Made by a program: the position numbers and the translations under genes. From the human T2T-CHM13v2.0 reference genome, Homo sapiens, in assembly GCF_009914755.1 (NCBI RefSeq), contig NC_060939.1: DNA of 64,000 bases; one strand, 5' to 3'. The notes below the pieces were generated by a model. The model worked only from the letters and a program-made list of their open reading frames with translations. It did no database searches and was not told the DNA's origin. How positions within the stretch are numbered: the stretch's first letter is position 1; every line of letters begins with the position of its first letter. Shown here one piece after another: positions 1 to 13,086 of this stretch.

Positions 1-235
1 CTTGCACATGTATGCTTGAACGACAAATAAAAGTTAGGGGGGAGAAGAGAGGAGAGAGAGAGAGAGAGAGAGACAGAGAGAGACAGAGAGAGAGAGAGAG
101 GAGGGAGAGAGAAAACGAAACACCACCTCCTTGACCTGAGTCAGGGGGTTTCTGGCCTTTTGGGAGAACGTTCAGCGACAATGCAGTATTTGGGCCCGTT
201 CTTTTTTTTTCTTCTTCTTTTCTTTCTTTTTTTTT

Positions 236-502
236 GGACTGAGTCTCTCTCGCTCTGTCACCCAGGCTGCGGTGCGGTGGCGCTCTCTCGGCTCACTGAA
301 ACCTCTGCTTCCCGGGTTCCAGTGATTCTTCTTCGGTAGCTGGGATTACAGGCGCACACCATGACGGCCGGCTCATATTCCTATTTTCAGTAGAGACGGG
401 GTTTCTCCACGTTGGCCACGCTGGTCTCGAACTCCTGACCTCAAATGATCCGCCTTCCTGGGCCTCCCAAAGTGCTGGAAACGACAGGCCTGAGCCGCCG
501 GG
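236..502 (-). mobile_element. Alu (diverged); equivalents at about 4685-4951, 45165, 49614
   Basis: T-rich tail, then the Alu reverse complement (GTAGAGACGGGGTTTC, CCTCCCAAAGTGCTGG). Confidence 0.85.
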
Positions 503-788
503 ATTTCAGCCTTTAAAAGCGCGGGCCCTGCCACCTTTCGCTGTGGCCCTTACGCTCAGAATGACGTGTCCTCTCTGCCGTAGGTTGACTCCTTGAGTCC
601 CCTAGGCCATTGCACTGTAGCCTGGGCAGCAAGAGCCAAACTCCGTCCCCCCACCTCCCCGCGCACATAATAACTAACTAACAAACTAACTAACTAACTA
701 AACTAACTAAATAAATAAAATCTCTACACGTCACCTCTAAGTGTGTGTTCCCGTGAGGAGTGATTTCTAAGAAATGGCACTGTACACT

Positions 789-1191
<403 letters not shown>

Positions 1192-1197
1192 CTAGGG

Positions 1198-1555
1198 CCT
1201 TCTCTCTGTCTGTTTCTCTCTGTTCGTCTCTGTCTTTCTCTCTGTGTCTCTTTCTCTGTCTGTCTGTCTCTTTCTTTCTCTCTGTCTCTGTCTCTGTCTT
1301 TGTCTCTCTCTCTCCCTCTCTGCCTGTCTCACTGTGTCTGTCTTCTGTCTTACTCTCTTTCTCTCCCCGTCTGTCTCTCTCTCTCTCTCTCCCTCCCTGT
1401 CTGTCTCTCTCTCTCCCTCCCTGTCTGTTTCTCTCTCTCTCTTTCTGTCTGTTTCTGTCTCTCTCTGTCTGTCTATGTCTTTCTCTGTCTGTCTCTTTCT
1501 CTGTCTGTCTGCCTCTCTCTTTCTTTTTCTGTGTCTCTCTGTCGGTCTCTCTCTC

Positions 1556-1590
<35 letters not shown>

Positions 1591-1782
1591 GTGCCTATCT
1601 TCTGTCTTACTCTCTTTCTCTGCCTGTCTGTCTGTCTCTCCCTCCCTTTCTGTTTCTCTCTCTCTCTCTCTCTCTCTCCCCCTCTCCCTGTCTGTTTCTC
1701 TCCGTCTCTCTCTCTTTCTGTCTGTTTCTCACTGTCTCTCTCTGTCCATCTCTCTCTCTCTCTGTCTGTCTCTTTCGTTCTC

Positions 1783-1836
<54 letters not shown>

Positions 1837-1879
1837 ACTCTCTGTGTGTATCTTCTGTCTTACTCTCCTTCTCTGCCTG

Positions 1880-1913
<34 letters not shown>

Positions 1914-2242
1914 CCTTTCTGTCTCTCTCTCTCTCTGTCCCTCTCTCTTTCTGTCTGTTCCTCTCTCTCTCTCTGTCTCTGTCTTTCTCTGTCTGTCTGC
2001 CTCTCTCTTTCTTTCTCTTTCTGTGTCTCTCTGTCTCTCTCTCTGTGCCTATCTTCTGTCTTACTCTCTTTCTCTGCCTGCCTGCCTGTCTGTCTGTCTG
2101 TCTCTCTCTGTCTCTCTCCCTGCCTTTCTGTTTCTCTCTCTCTCCCTCTCTCGCTCTCTCTGTCTTTCTCTCTTTCTCTCTGTTTCTCTGTCTCTCTCTG
2201 TCCGTCTCTGTCTTTTTCTGTCTGTCTCTCTCTTTCTTTCTG

Positions 2243-2275
<33 letters not shown>

Positions 2276-2371
2276 GCTTGTCTCTCTCACTGTGTCTGTC
2301 CTCTGTCTTACTCTCCTTCTCTGCCTGTCCGTCTGTCTGTCTGTCTCTCTCTCTCTCCCTCCCTTTCTGTT

Positions 2372-2416
<45 letters not shown>

Positions 2417-3337
2417 GTTTCTCTTTCTCTCTCTGTCTGTCTCTGTCTTTCTCTGTCTGTCTCTTTCTCTGTCTGTCTGTCTCCTTCTCTCTGTCTCCGT
2501 CTCTGTCTCTCTCTCTCTGTCTCTCTCTCTCTGCCTGTCTCACTGTGTCTGTCTTCTGTCTTATTCTCTTTCTCTGTCTGTCTGTCTCTCTCTCTCCCTT
2601 CCTGTCTCTTTCTCTCTCTCTCTCTCTTTCTGTCTGTTTCTCTCTGCCTGTCTCCGTCTTTCTCTGTCTGCCTCTCTCTTTCTTTTTCTGCGTCTCTCTG
2701 TCTCTCTCTCTCTGTGCCTATCTTCTGTCTTACTCTGTTTCTCTGCCTGCCTGTCTGTCTGTCTGTCTCTCTCTCTCTCTGTCTCTCTCTCTTTCTGTCT
2801 GTTTCTCTCTGTCTCTCTGTCCATCTCTGTCTTTCTCTGTCCGTCTCTCTCTTTCTCCCTGTCTCTGTCTCTGCCTCTGCCTCTCTCTCTCTCTGTCTCT
2901 CTCTTTCTATCTGTTTCTCTCTGTCTCTCTGTCCATCTCTGTCTTTCTCTGTCTGTCTCTCTCTTTCTCCCTGTCTCTGTCTCTGCCTCTCTCTCTCTCT
3001 GTCTGTCTCTCTCACTGTGTGTGTGTCTCTGTCTCTGCCTCTCTCTCTCTCTCTCTCTCTCTCTGTCTGTCTCTCTCACTGTGTGTGTCTGTCTTCTGTC
3101 TTACTCTCCTTCTCTGCCTGTCCGTCTGTCTGTCTGTCTCTCCCTCTCTCTCCCTCCCTTTCTGTTTCTCTCTCTCTCTCTCTCTCTTTCTGTCTGTTTC
3201 TCTCTTTCTCTCTCTGTCTGTCTCTTTCTCTGTCTGTCTGTCTCTCTCTTTCTTTTTCTCTGTCTCTCTGTCTCTCTCTGTGCCTGTCTCTCTGTCTGTG
3301 CCTATCTTCTGTCTTACTCTCTTTCTCTGGCTGACTG

Positions 3338-3376
<39 letters not shown>

Positions 3377-3477
3377 GTCTCCGTCCCTCCCTCCCTGTCT
3401 GTCTGTTTCTCTCTCTGTCCATTTCTGTCTGTCTCTTTCTCTTTCTCTCTCTTTCTTTCTCTCTGTCTCTCTCTGTC

Positions 3478-3526
<49 letters not shown>

Positions 3527-3734
3527 CTCTCTCACTGTGTCGGTCTTCTGTCTTACTCTCTTTCTCTGCCTGCCTCTCTGTCTGTCTGTCTGTCTCTCTC
3601 CCTCCATGTCTCTCTCTCTCTCTCTCTCACTCACTGTCTCTCCGTCTCTCTCTCTTTCTGTCTGTTTCTCTCTGTCTCTGTCTTTCTGTGTGTCTGTCTG
3701 TCTCTCTCTCTATTTGTCTTTCTCCCTCCCTGTC

Positions 3735-3779
<45 letters not shown>

Positions 3780-3850
3780 GTCTGTTTCTCTCTATCTCTC
3801 GCTGTCCATCTCTGTCTTTCTATGTCTGTCTCTTTCTCTGTCAGTCTGTC
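1198..3850 (+). repeat. Polypyrimidine (CT/CTGT)n tract 1 (also 46127-48779; about +22 to +24.7 kb from the TSS)
   Basis: Low-complexity CT/CTGT sequence. Confidence 0.95.
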
Positions 3851-4171
3851 AGACACCCCCGTGCCGGGTAGGGCCCTGCCCCTTCCACGAAAGTGAGAAG
3901 CGCGTGCTTCGGTGCTTAGAGAGGCCGAGAGGAATCTAGACAGGCGGGCCTTGCTGGGCTTCCCCACTCGGTGTATGATTTCGGGAGGTCGAGGCCGGGT
4001 CCCCGCTTGGATGCGAGGGGCATTTTCAGACTTTTCTCTCGGTCACGTGTGGCGTCCGTACTTCTCCTATTTCCCCGATAAGCTCCTCGACTTCAACATA
4101 AACGGCGTCCTAAGGGTCGATTTAGTGTCATGCCTCTTTCACCGCCACCACCGAAGATGAAAGCAAAGATC

Positions 4172-4443
4172 GGCTAAATACCGCGTGTTCTCATCTAGAA
4201 GTGGGAACTTACAGATGACAGTTCTTGCATGGGCAGAACGAGGGGGACCGGGGACGCGGAAGCCTGCTTGAGGGAGGAGGGGTGGAAGGAGAGACAGCTT
4301 CAGGAAGAAAACAAAACACGAATACTGTCGGACACAGCACTGACTACCCGGGTGATGAAATCATCTGCACACTGAACACCCCCGTCACAAGTTTACCTAT
4401 GTCACAGTCTTGCTCATGTATGCTTGAACGACAAATAAAAGTT
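4172..4443 (+). mobile_element. L1 (old L1PA/L1PB-type) 3' end fragment; also 44692-44963 and 49101-49372
   Basis: AAATACCGCGTGTTCTCA...GGGTGATGAAATCATCTGCAC...AAGTTTACCTATGT...AAATAAAAGTT resembles the L1 3'UTR terminus. Confidence 0.7.
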
Positions 4444-4502
4444 CGGGGGGGAGAAGAGAGGAGAGAGAGAGAGAGACGGGGAGAGAGGGGGGAGAGGGGG
4501 GG

Positions 4503-4557
<55 letters not shown>

Positions 4558-5319
4558 GTAAAACCAACCACCACCTCCTTGACCTGAGTCAGGGGGTTTC
4601 TGGCCTTTTGGGAGAACGTTCAGCGACAATGCAGTATTTGGGCCCGTTCTTTTTTTCTTCTTCTTCTTTTCTTTCTTTTTTTTTGGACTGAGTCTCTCTC
4701 GCTCTGTCACCCAGGCTGCGGTGCGGTGGCGCTCTCTCGGCTCACTGAAACCTCTGCTTCCCGGGTTCCAGTGATTCTTCTTCGGTAGCTGGGATTACAG
4801 GTGCGCACCATGACGGCCGGCTCATCGTTCTATTTTTAGTAGAGACGGGGTTTCTCCACGTTGGCCACGCTGGTCTCGAACTCCTGACCACAAATGATCC
4901 ACCTTCCTGGGCCTCCCAAAGTGCTGGAAACGACAGGCCTGAGCCGCCGGGATTTCAGCCTTTAAAAGCGCGGGCCCTGCCACCTTTCGCTGCGGCCCTT
5001 ACGCTCAGAATGACGTGTCCTCTCTGCCATAGGTTGACTCCTTGAGTCCCCTAGGCCATTGCACTGTAGCCTGGGCAGCAAGAGCCAAACTCCGTCCCCC
5101 CACCTCCCCGCGCACATAATAACTAACTAACTAACTAACTAACTAAAATCTCTACACGTCACCCATAAGTGTGTGTTCCCGTGAGGAGTGATTTCTAAGA
5201 AATGGTACTGTACACTGAACGCAGTGGCTCACGTCTGTCATCCCGAGGTCAGGAGTTCGAGACCAGCCCGGCCAACGTGGTGAAACCCCCGTCTCTACTG
5301 AAAATACGAAATGGAGTCA

Positions 5320-5595
<276 letters not shown>

Positions 5596-5609
5596 CTACT
5601 GGGCTAGGG

Positions 5610-6127
5610 CCTTCTCTCTGTCTGTTTCTCTCTGTTCGTCTCTGTCTTTCTCTCTGTGTCTCTTTCTCTGTCTGTCTGTCTGTCTGTCTGTCTCTTTCTT
5701 TCTTTCTGTCTCTGTCTTTGTCCCTCTCTCTCCCTCTCTGCCTGTCTCACTGTGTCTGTCTTCTATCTTACTCTCTTTCTCTCCCCGTCTGTCTCTCTCT
5801 CACTCCCTCCCTGTCTGTTTCTCTCTCTCTCTCTTTCTGTCTGTTTCTGTCTCTCTCTGTCTGCCTCTCTCTTTCTCTATCTGTCTCTTTCTCTGTCTGT
5901 CTGCCCCTCTCTTTCTTTTTCTGTGTCTCTCTGTCTGTCTCTCTCTCTCTCTGTGCCTATCTTCTGTCTTACTCTCTTTCTCTGCCTGTCTGTCTGTCTC
6001 TCTCTGTCTCTCCCTCCCTTTCTGCTTCTCTCTCTCTCTCTCTCTCTCCCCCCTCCCTGTCTGTTTCTCTCTGTCTCCCTCTCTTTCTGTCTGTTTCTCA
6101 CTGTCTCTCTCTGTCTGTCTGTTTCAT

Positions 6128-6162
<35 letters not shown>

Positions 6163-6262
6163 GTCTCTCCCTCTCTGTGTGTATCTTTTGTCTTACTCTC
6201 CTTCTCTGCCTGTCCGTCTGTCTGTCTGTCTCTCTCTCTCCCTGTCCCTCTCTCTTTCTGTC

Positions 6263-6303
<41 letters not shown>

Positions 6304-6580
6304 GTCTTTCTCTGTCTGTCCCTTTCTCTGTCTGTCTGCCTCTCTCTTTCTCTTTCTGTGTCTCTCTGTCTCTCTCTCTGTGCCTATCTTCTGTCTTACT
6401 CTCTTTCTCTGCCTGTCTATCTGTCTGTCTCTCTCTGTCTCTCTCCCTGCCTTTCTGTTTCTCTCTCTCTCCCTCTCTCGCTCTCTCTGTCTTTCTCTCT
6501 TTCTCTCTGTTTCTCTGTCTCTCTCTGTCCGTCTCTGTCTTTTTCTGTCTGTCTGTCTCTCTCTTTCTTTCTGTCGTCTG

Positions 6581-6616
<36 letters not shown>

Positions 6617-6807
6617 TCCTTGTCTCTCTCACTGTGTCTGTCTTCTGTCTTACTCTCCTTCTCTGCCTGTCCATCTGTCTGTCTGTCTCTCTCTCTCTCT
6701 CCCTACCTTTCTGTTTCTCTCTCGCTAGCTCTCTCTCTCTCTGCCTGTTTCTCTCTTTCTCTCTCTGTCTTTCTCTGTCTGTCTCTTTCTCTGTCTGTCT
6801 GTCTCTT

Positions 6808-6852
<45 letters not shown>

Positions 6853-7095
6853 GCCTCTCTCACTGTGTCTGTCTTCTGTCTTATTCTCTTTCTCTCTCTG
6901 TCTCTCTCTCTCTCTCCTTTCCTGTCTGTTTTTCTCTCTCTCTCTCTCTTTCTGCCTGTTTCTCTCTGTCTGTCTCTGTCTTTCTCTGTCTGTCTGCCTC
7001 TCTCTTTCTTTTTCTGCGTCTCTCTGTCTCTCTCTCTCTCTCTCTGTTCCTATCTTCTGTCTTACTCTGTTTCCTTGCCTGCCTGCCTGTCTGTG

Positions 7096-7135
<40 letters not shown>

Positions 7136-7245
7136 CCTTTCTCTTTCTCTGTCTCTCTCTCTCTTTCTGGGTGTTTCTCTCTGTCTCTCTGTCCATCTCT
7201 GTCTTTCTATGTCTGTCTCTCTCTTTCTCTCTGTCTCTGTCTCTG

Positions 7246-7280
<35 letters not shown>

Positions 7281-8199
7281 GTCTCTCTCACTGTGTGTGT
7301 CTGTCTTCTGTCTTACTCTCCTTCTCTGCCTGTCCGTCTGTCTGTCTGTCTCTCCCTCTCTCTCCCTCCCTTTCTGTTTCTCTCTCTCTCTCTTTCTGTC
7401 TGTTTCTCTCTTTCTCTCTCTGTCTGTCTCTTTCTCTGTCTGTCTGTCTCTCTCTTTCTTTTTCTCTGTCTCTCTGTCTCTCTCTGTGTCTGTCTCTCTG
7501 TCTGTGCCTATCTTCTGTCTTACTCTCTTTCTCTGGCTGTCTGCCTGTCTCTCTCTCTCTCTCTGTCTGTCTCCGTCCCTCTCTCCCTGTCTGTCTGTTT
7601 CTCTCTCTGCCTCTCTCTCTCTCTGTCTGTCTCTTTCTCTGTCTGTCTGTCTCTCTCTTTCTTTTTCTCTGTCTCTCTGTCTCTCTCTGTGTCTGTCTCT
7701 CTTTCTGTGCCTATCTTCTGTCTTACTCTCTTTCTCTGGCTGTCTGCCTGTCTCTCTCTCTCTGCCTGTCTCCGTCCCTCCCTCCCTGTCTGTCTGTTTC
7801 TCTCTCTGTCTCTGTCTCTCTGTCCATCTCTGTCTGTCTCTTTCTCTTTCTCTCTCTCTGTCTCTGTCTCTCTCTCTCTCTGCCTGTCTCTCTCACTGTG
7901 TCTGTCTTCTGTCTTACTCTCTTTCTCTGCCTGCCTCTCTGTCTGTCTGTCTCTCTCCCTCCATGTCTCTCTCTCTCTCTCACTCACTCTCTCTCCGTCT
8001 CTCTCTCTTTCTGTCTGTTTCTCTCTCTGTCTGTCTCTCTCCCTCCATGTCTCTCTCTCTCTCTCTCTCACTCACTCTCTCTCCGTCTCTCTCTCTCTTT
8101 CTGTCTGTTTCTCTCTCTGTCTGTCTCTCTCCCTCCATGTCTCTCTCTCTCCCTCTCACTCACTCTCTCTCCGTCTCTCTCTCTCTTTCTGTCTGTTTC

Positions 8200-8260
<61 letters not shown>

Positions 8261-8293
8261 GTCTTTCTCCCTCCCTGTCTGTCTGTCTGTCTC

Positions 8294-8326
<33 letters not shown>

Positions 8327-8410
8327 TTCTCTTTCTGTCTGTTTCTCTCTATCTCTCGCTGTCCATCTCTGTCTTTCTATGTCTGTCTCTTTCTCTGTCA
8401 GTCTGTCAGA
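5610..8410 (+). repeat. Polypyrimidine tract 2 (also 50539-53339; about +26.5 to +29.3 kb)
   Basis: Low-complexity CT/CTGT sequence. Confidence 0.95.
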
Positions 8411-8666
8411 CACCCCCGTGCCGGGTAGGGCCCTGCCCCTTCCACGAGAGTGAGAAGCGCGTGCTTCGGTGCTTAGAGAGGCCGAGAGGAATCTAGACAG
8501 GCGGGCCTTGCTGGGCTTCCCCACTCGGTGTACGATTTCGGGAGGTCGAGGCCGGGTCCCCGCTTGGATGCGAGGGGCATTTTCAGACTTTTCTCTCGGT
8601 CACGTGTGGCGTCCGTACTTCTCCTATTTCCCCGATAAGCTCCTCGACTTCAACATAAACTGTGAA

Positions 8667-8880
8667 GGCCGGACGCAACACGGCGAAACCCCGTCTCTAC
8701 TAAAAATACAAAGCTGAGTCGGGAGCGGTGGGGCAGGCCCCTGTAATGCCAGCTCCTCGGGAGGCTGAGGCGGGAGAATCGCTTGAACCAGGGAAGCGGA
8801 GGCTGCAGGGAGCCGAGATCGCGCCACTGCACTACGGCCCAGGCTGTAGAGTGAGTGAGACTCGGTCTCTAAATAAATAC
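8667..8880 (+). mobile_element. Alu with a large left-arm deletion, directly after long repeat 2
   Basis: GGCCGGACGC joined to AACACGGCGAAACCCCGTCTCTACTAAAAATACAAA. Confidence 0.8.
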
Positions 8881-10227
8881 GGAAATTAATTAATTCATTA
8901 ATTCTTTTCCCTGCTGACGGACATTTGCAGGCAGGCATCGGTTGTCTTCGGGCATCACCTAGCGGCCACTGTTATTGAAAGTCGACGTGACACGGAGGGA
9001 GGTCTCGCCGACTTCACCGAGCCTGGGGCAACGGGTTTCTCTCTCTCCCTTCTGGAGGCCCCTCCCTCTCTCCCTCGTTGCCTAGGGAACCTCGCCTAGG
9101 GAACCTCCGCCCTGGCGGGGGCCCTATTGTTCTTTGATCGGCGCTTTACTTTTCTTTGTGTTTTGGCGCCTAGACTCTTCTACTTGGGCTTTGGGAAGGG
9201 TCAGTTTAATTTTCAAGTTGCCCCCCGGCTCCCCCCACTACCCACGTCCCTTCACCTTAATTTAGTGAGTCGGTTAGGTGGGTTTCCCCCAAACCGCCCC
9301 CCCCCCCCCCGCCTCCCAACACCCTGCTTGGAAACCTTCCAGAGCCACCCCGGTGTGCCTCCGTCTTCTCTCCCCTTCCCCCACCCCTTGCCGGCGATCT
9401 CATTCTTGCCAGGCTGACATTTGCATCGGTGGGCGTCAGGCCTCACTCGGGGGCCACCGTTTTTGAAGATGGGGGCGGCACGGTCCCACTTCCCCGGAGG
9501 CAGCTTGGGCCGATGGCATAGCCCCTTGACCCGCGTGGGCAAGCGGGCGGGTCTGCAGTTGTGAGGCTTTTCCCCCCGCTGCTTCCCGCCTCAGGCCTCC
9601 CTCCCTAGGAAAGCTTCACCCTGGCTGGGTCTCGGTCACCTTTTATCACGATGTTTTAGTTTCTCCGCCCTCCGGCCAGCAGAGTTTCACAATGCGAAGG
9701 GCGCCACGGCTCTAGTCTGGGCCTTCTCAGTACTTGCCCAAAATAGAAACGCTTTCTGAAAACTAATAACTTTGCTCACTTAAGATTTCCAGGGACGGCG
9801 CCTTGGCCCGTGTTTGTTGGCTTGTTTTGTTTCGTTCTGTTTTGTTTTGTTCGTGTTTTTCCTTTCTCGTATGTCTTTCTTTTCAGGTGAAGTAGAAATC
9901 CCCAGTTTTCAGGAAGACGTCTATTTTCCCCAAGACACGTTAGCTGCCGTTTTTTCCTGTTGTGAACTAGCGCTTTTGTGACTCTCTCAACGTGCAGTGA
10001 GAGCCGGTTGATGTTTACTATCCTTCATCATGACATCTTATTTTCTAGAAATCCGTAGGCGAATGCTGCTGCTGCTCTTGTTGCTGTTGTTGTTGTTGTT
10101 GTTGTCGTCGTTGCTGTTGTCGTTGTCGTTGTTGTTGTCGTTGTCGTTGTTTTCAAAGTATACCCCGGCCACCGTTTATGGGATCAAAAGCATTATAAAA
10201 TATGTGTGATTATTTCTTGAGCACGCC

Positions 10228-10824
10228 CTTCCTCCCCCTCTCTCTGTCTCTCTGTCTGTCTCTGTCTCTCTCTTTCTCTGTCTGTCTTCTCTCTCTCTCT
10301 CTCTCTGTGTCTCTCTCTCTCTGCCTGTCTGTTTCTCTCTCTCTGCCTCTCTCTCTCTCTCTCTCTCTGCCTGTCTCTCTCACTGTGTCTGTCTTCTGTC
10401 TTACTCCCTTTCTCTGTCTGTCTGTCGGTCTCTCTCTCTCTCTCTCCCTGTCTGTATGTTTCTCTCTGTCTCTGTCTCTCTCTCTCTTTCTGTTTCTCTC
10501 TCTCCGTCTCTGTCTTTCTCTGACTGTCTCTCTCTTTCCTTCTCTCTGTCTCTCTCTGCCTGTCTCTCTCACTCTGTCTTCTGTCTTACTCTCTCTCTCT
10601 GCCTGCCTGTCTCTCTCACTCTCTCTCTCTGTGTGTCTCTCTCTCTCTTTCTGTTTCTCTCTGTCTCTCTGTCCGTCTCTGTCTTTCTCTGTCTGTCTCT
10701 TTGTCTGTCTGTCTTTGTCTTTCCTTCTCTCTGTCTCTGTCTCTCTCACTGTGTCTGTCTTCTGTCTTAGTCTCTCTCTCTCTCTCTCCCTGTCTGTCTG
10801 TCTCTCTCTCTCTCTCCCCCTGTC

Positions 10825-10869
<45 letters not shown>

Positions 10870-11142
10870 TTGTCTTTCTTTCTGTCTCTGTCTCTCTCTC
10901 TCTCTCTGTGTGTCTGTCTTCTGTCTTACTGTCTTTCTCTGCCTGTCTGTCTGTCTGTCTCTCTCTGTCTGTCTCTCTCTCTCTCTCCCCCCTGTCGGCT
11001 GTTTCTCTGTCTCTGTCTGTGTCTCTCTTTCTGTCTGTTTCTCTCTGTCTGTCTTTCTCTCTCTGTCTCTTTCTCTCTGTCTCTCTGTCTGTCTCTGTCT
11101 CTCTCTCTGTCTCTCTCTCTCTGTGGGGGGGTGTGTGTGTGT

Positions 11143-11179
<37 letters not shown>

Positions 11180-11430
11180 TGCCTTCTGTCTTACTCTCTT
11201 TCTCTGCCTGTCTGTCTGCCTGTCTGTTTGTCTCTCTCTCTCTGCCTGTCTCTCTCCCTTCCTGTCTGTTTCTCTCTCTTTCTGTTTCTCTCTGTCTCTG
11301 TCCATCTCTGTCTTTCTCCGTCTGTCTCTTTATCTGTCTCTCTCCGTCTGTCTCTTTATCTGTCTCTCTCTCTCTTTCTGTCTTTCTCTCTCTGTGTATC
11401 GTTGTCTCTCTCTGTCTGTCTCTGTCTCTG

Positions 11431-11463
<33 letters not shown>

Positions 11464-11520
11464 GTCTGTCTGTCCGTCTGTCTGTCTCGGTCTCTGGCTC
11501 TCGCTATCTCCCGCCCTCTC
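10228..11520 (+). repeat. Polypyrimidine tract 3 with internal (TG)n at 11131-11178 (also 55157-56449)
   Basis: Low-complexity CT/CTGT sequence. Confidence 0.95.
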
Positions 11521-12806
11521 TTTTTTTGCAAAAGAAGCTCAAGTACATCTAATCTAATCCCTTACCAAGGCCTGAATTCTTCACTTCTGACATCCCAGAT
11601 TTGATCTCCCTACAGAATGCTGTACAGAACTGGCGAGTTGATTTCTGGACTTGGATACCTCATAGAAACTACATATGAATAAAGATCCAATCCTAAAATC
11701 TGGGGTGGCTTCTCCCTCGACTGTCTCGAAAAATCGTACCTCTGTTCCCCTAGGATGCCGGAAGAGTTTTCTCAATGTGCATCTGCCCGTGTCCTAAGTG
11801 ATCTGTGACCGAGCCCTGTCCGTCCTGTCTCAAATATGTACGTGCAAACACTTCTCTCCATTTCCACAACTACCCACGGCCCCTTGTGGAACCACTGGCT
11901 CTTTGAAAAAAATCCCAGAAGTGGTTTTGGCTTTTTGGCTAGGAGGCCTAAGCCTGCTGAGAACTTTCCTGCCCAGGATCCTGTGTGACCAAAAGTGCCT
12001 CTGCTGGGAGCTGGGATCCTCGGGACCATGCTTGCTAGCGCTGGATGAGTCTCTGGAAGGACGCACGGGACTCCGCAAAGCTGACCTGTCCCACCGAGGT
12101 CAAATGGATACCTCTGCATTGGCCCGAGGCCTCCGAAGTACATCACCGTCACCAACCGTCACCGTCAGCATCCTTGTGAGCCTGCCCAAGGCCCCGCCTC
12201 CGGGGAGACTCTTGGGAGCCCGGCCTTCGTCGGCTAAAGTCCAAAGGGATGGTGACTTCCACCCACAAGGTCCCCACTGAACGGCGAAGATGTGGAGCGT
12301 AGGTCAGAGAGGGGACCAGGAGGGGAGACGTCCCGACAGGCGACGAGTTCCCAAGGCTCTGGCCACCCCACCCACGCCCCACGCCCCACGTCCCGGGCAC
12401 CCGCGGGACACCGCCGCTTTATCCCCTCCTCTGTCCACAGCCGGCCCCACCCCACCACGCAACCCACGCACACACGCTGGAGGTTCCAAAACCACACGGT
12501 GTGACTAGAGCCTGACGGAGCGAGAGCCCATTTCACGAGGTGGGAGGGGTGGGGGTGGGGTGGGTTGGGGGTTGTGGGGTCTGTGGCGAGCCCGATTCTC
12601 CCTCTTGGGTGGCTACAGGCTAGAAATGAATATCGCTTCTTGGGCGGAGGGGCTTCCTTAGGCCATCACCGCTTGCGGGACTACCTCTCAAACCCTCCCT
12701 TGAGGCCACAAAATAGATTCCACCCCACCCATCGACGTTTCCCCCGGGTGCTGGATGTATCCTGTCAAGAGACCTGAGCCTGACACCGTCGAATTAAACA
12801 CCTTGA

Positions 12807-13012
<206 letters not shown>

Positions 13013-13086
13013 CCTCTTTCATTGGTTTTCACTGGAGATTCTAGATTCGAGCCACACCTCATTCCGTGCCACAGAGAGACTTCTTT

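Noticed and set aside
1341-3560. CRISPR-like array (constant anchor with variable spacers)
   Set aside because: Eukaryotic context; spacers are related microsatellite sequence of irregular length; no cas genes.
9820-9890. Strong-looking splice acceptor (pyrimidine tract + CAG|G at 9886)
   Set aside because: No convincing exon or donor partner; common by chance on a pyrimidine-rich strand.
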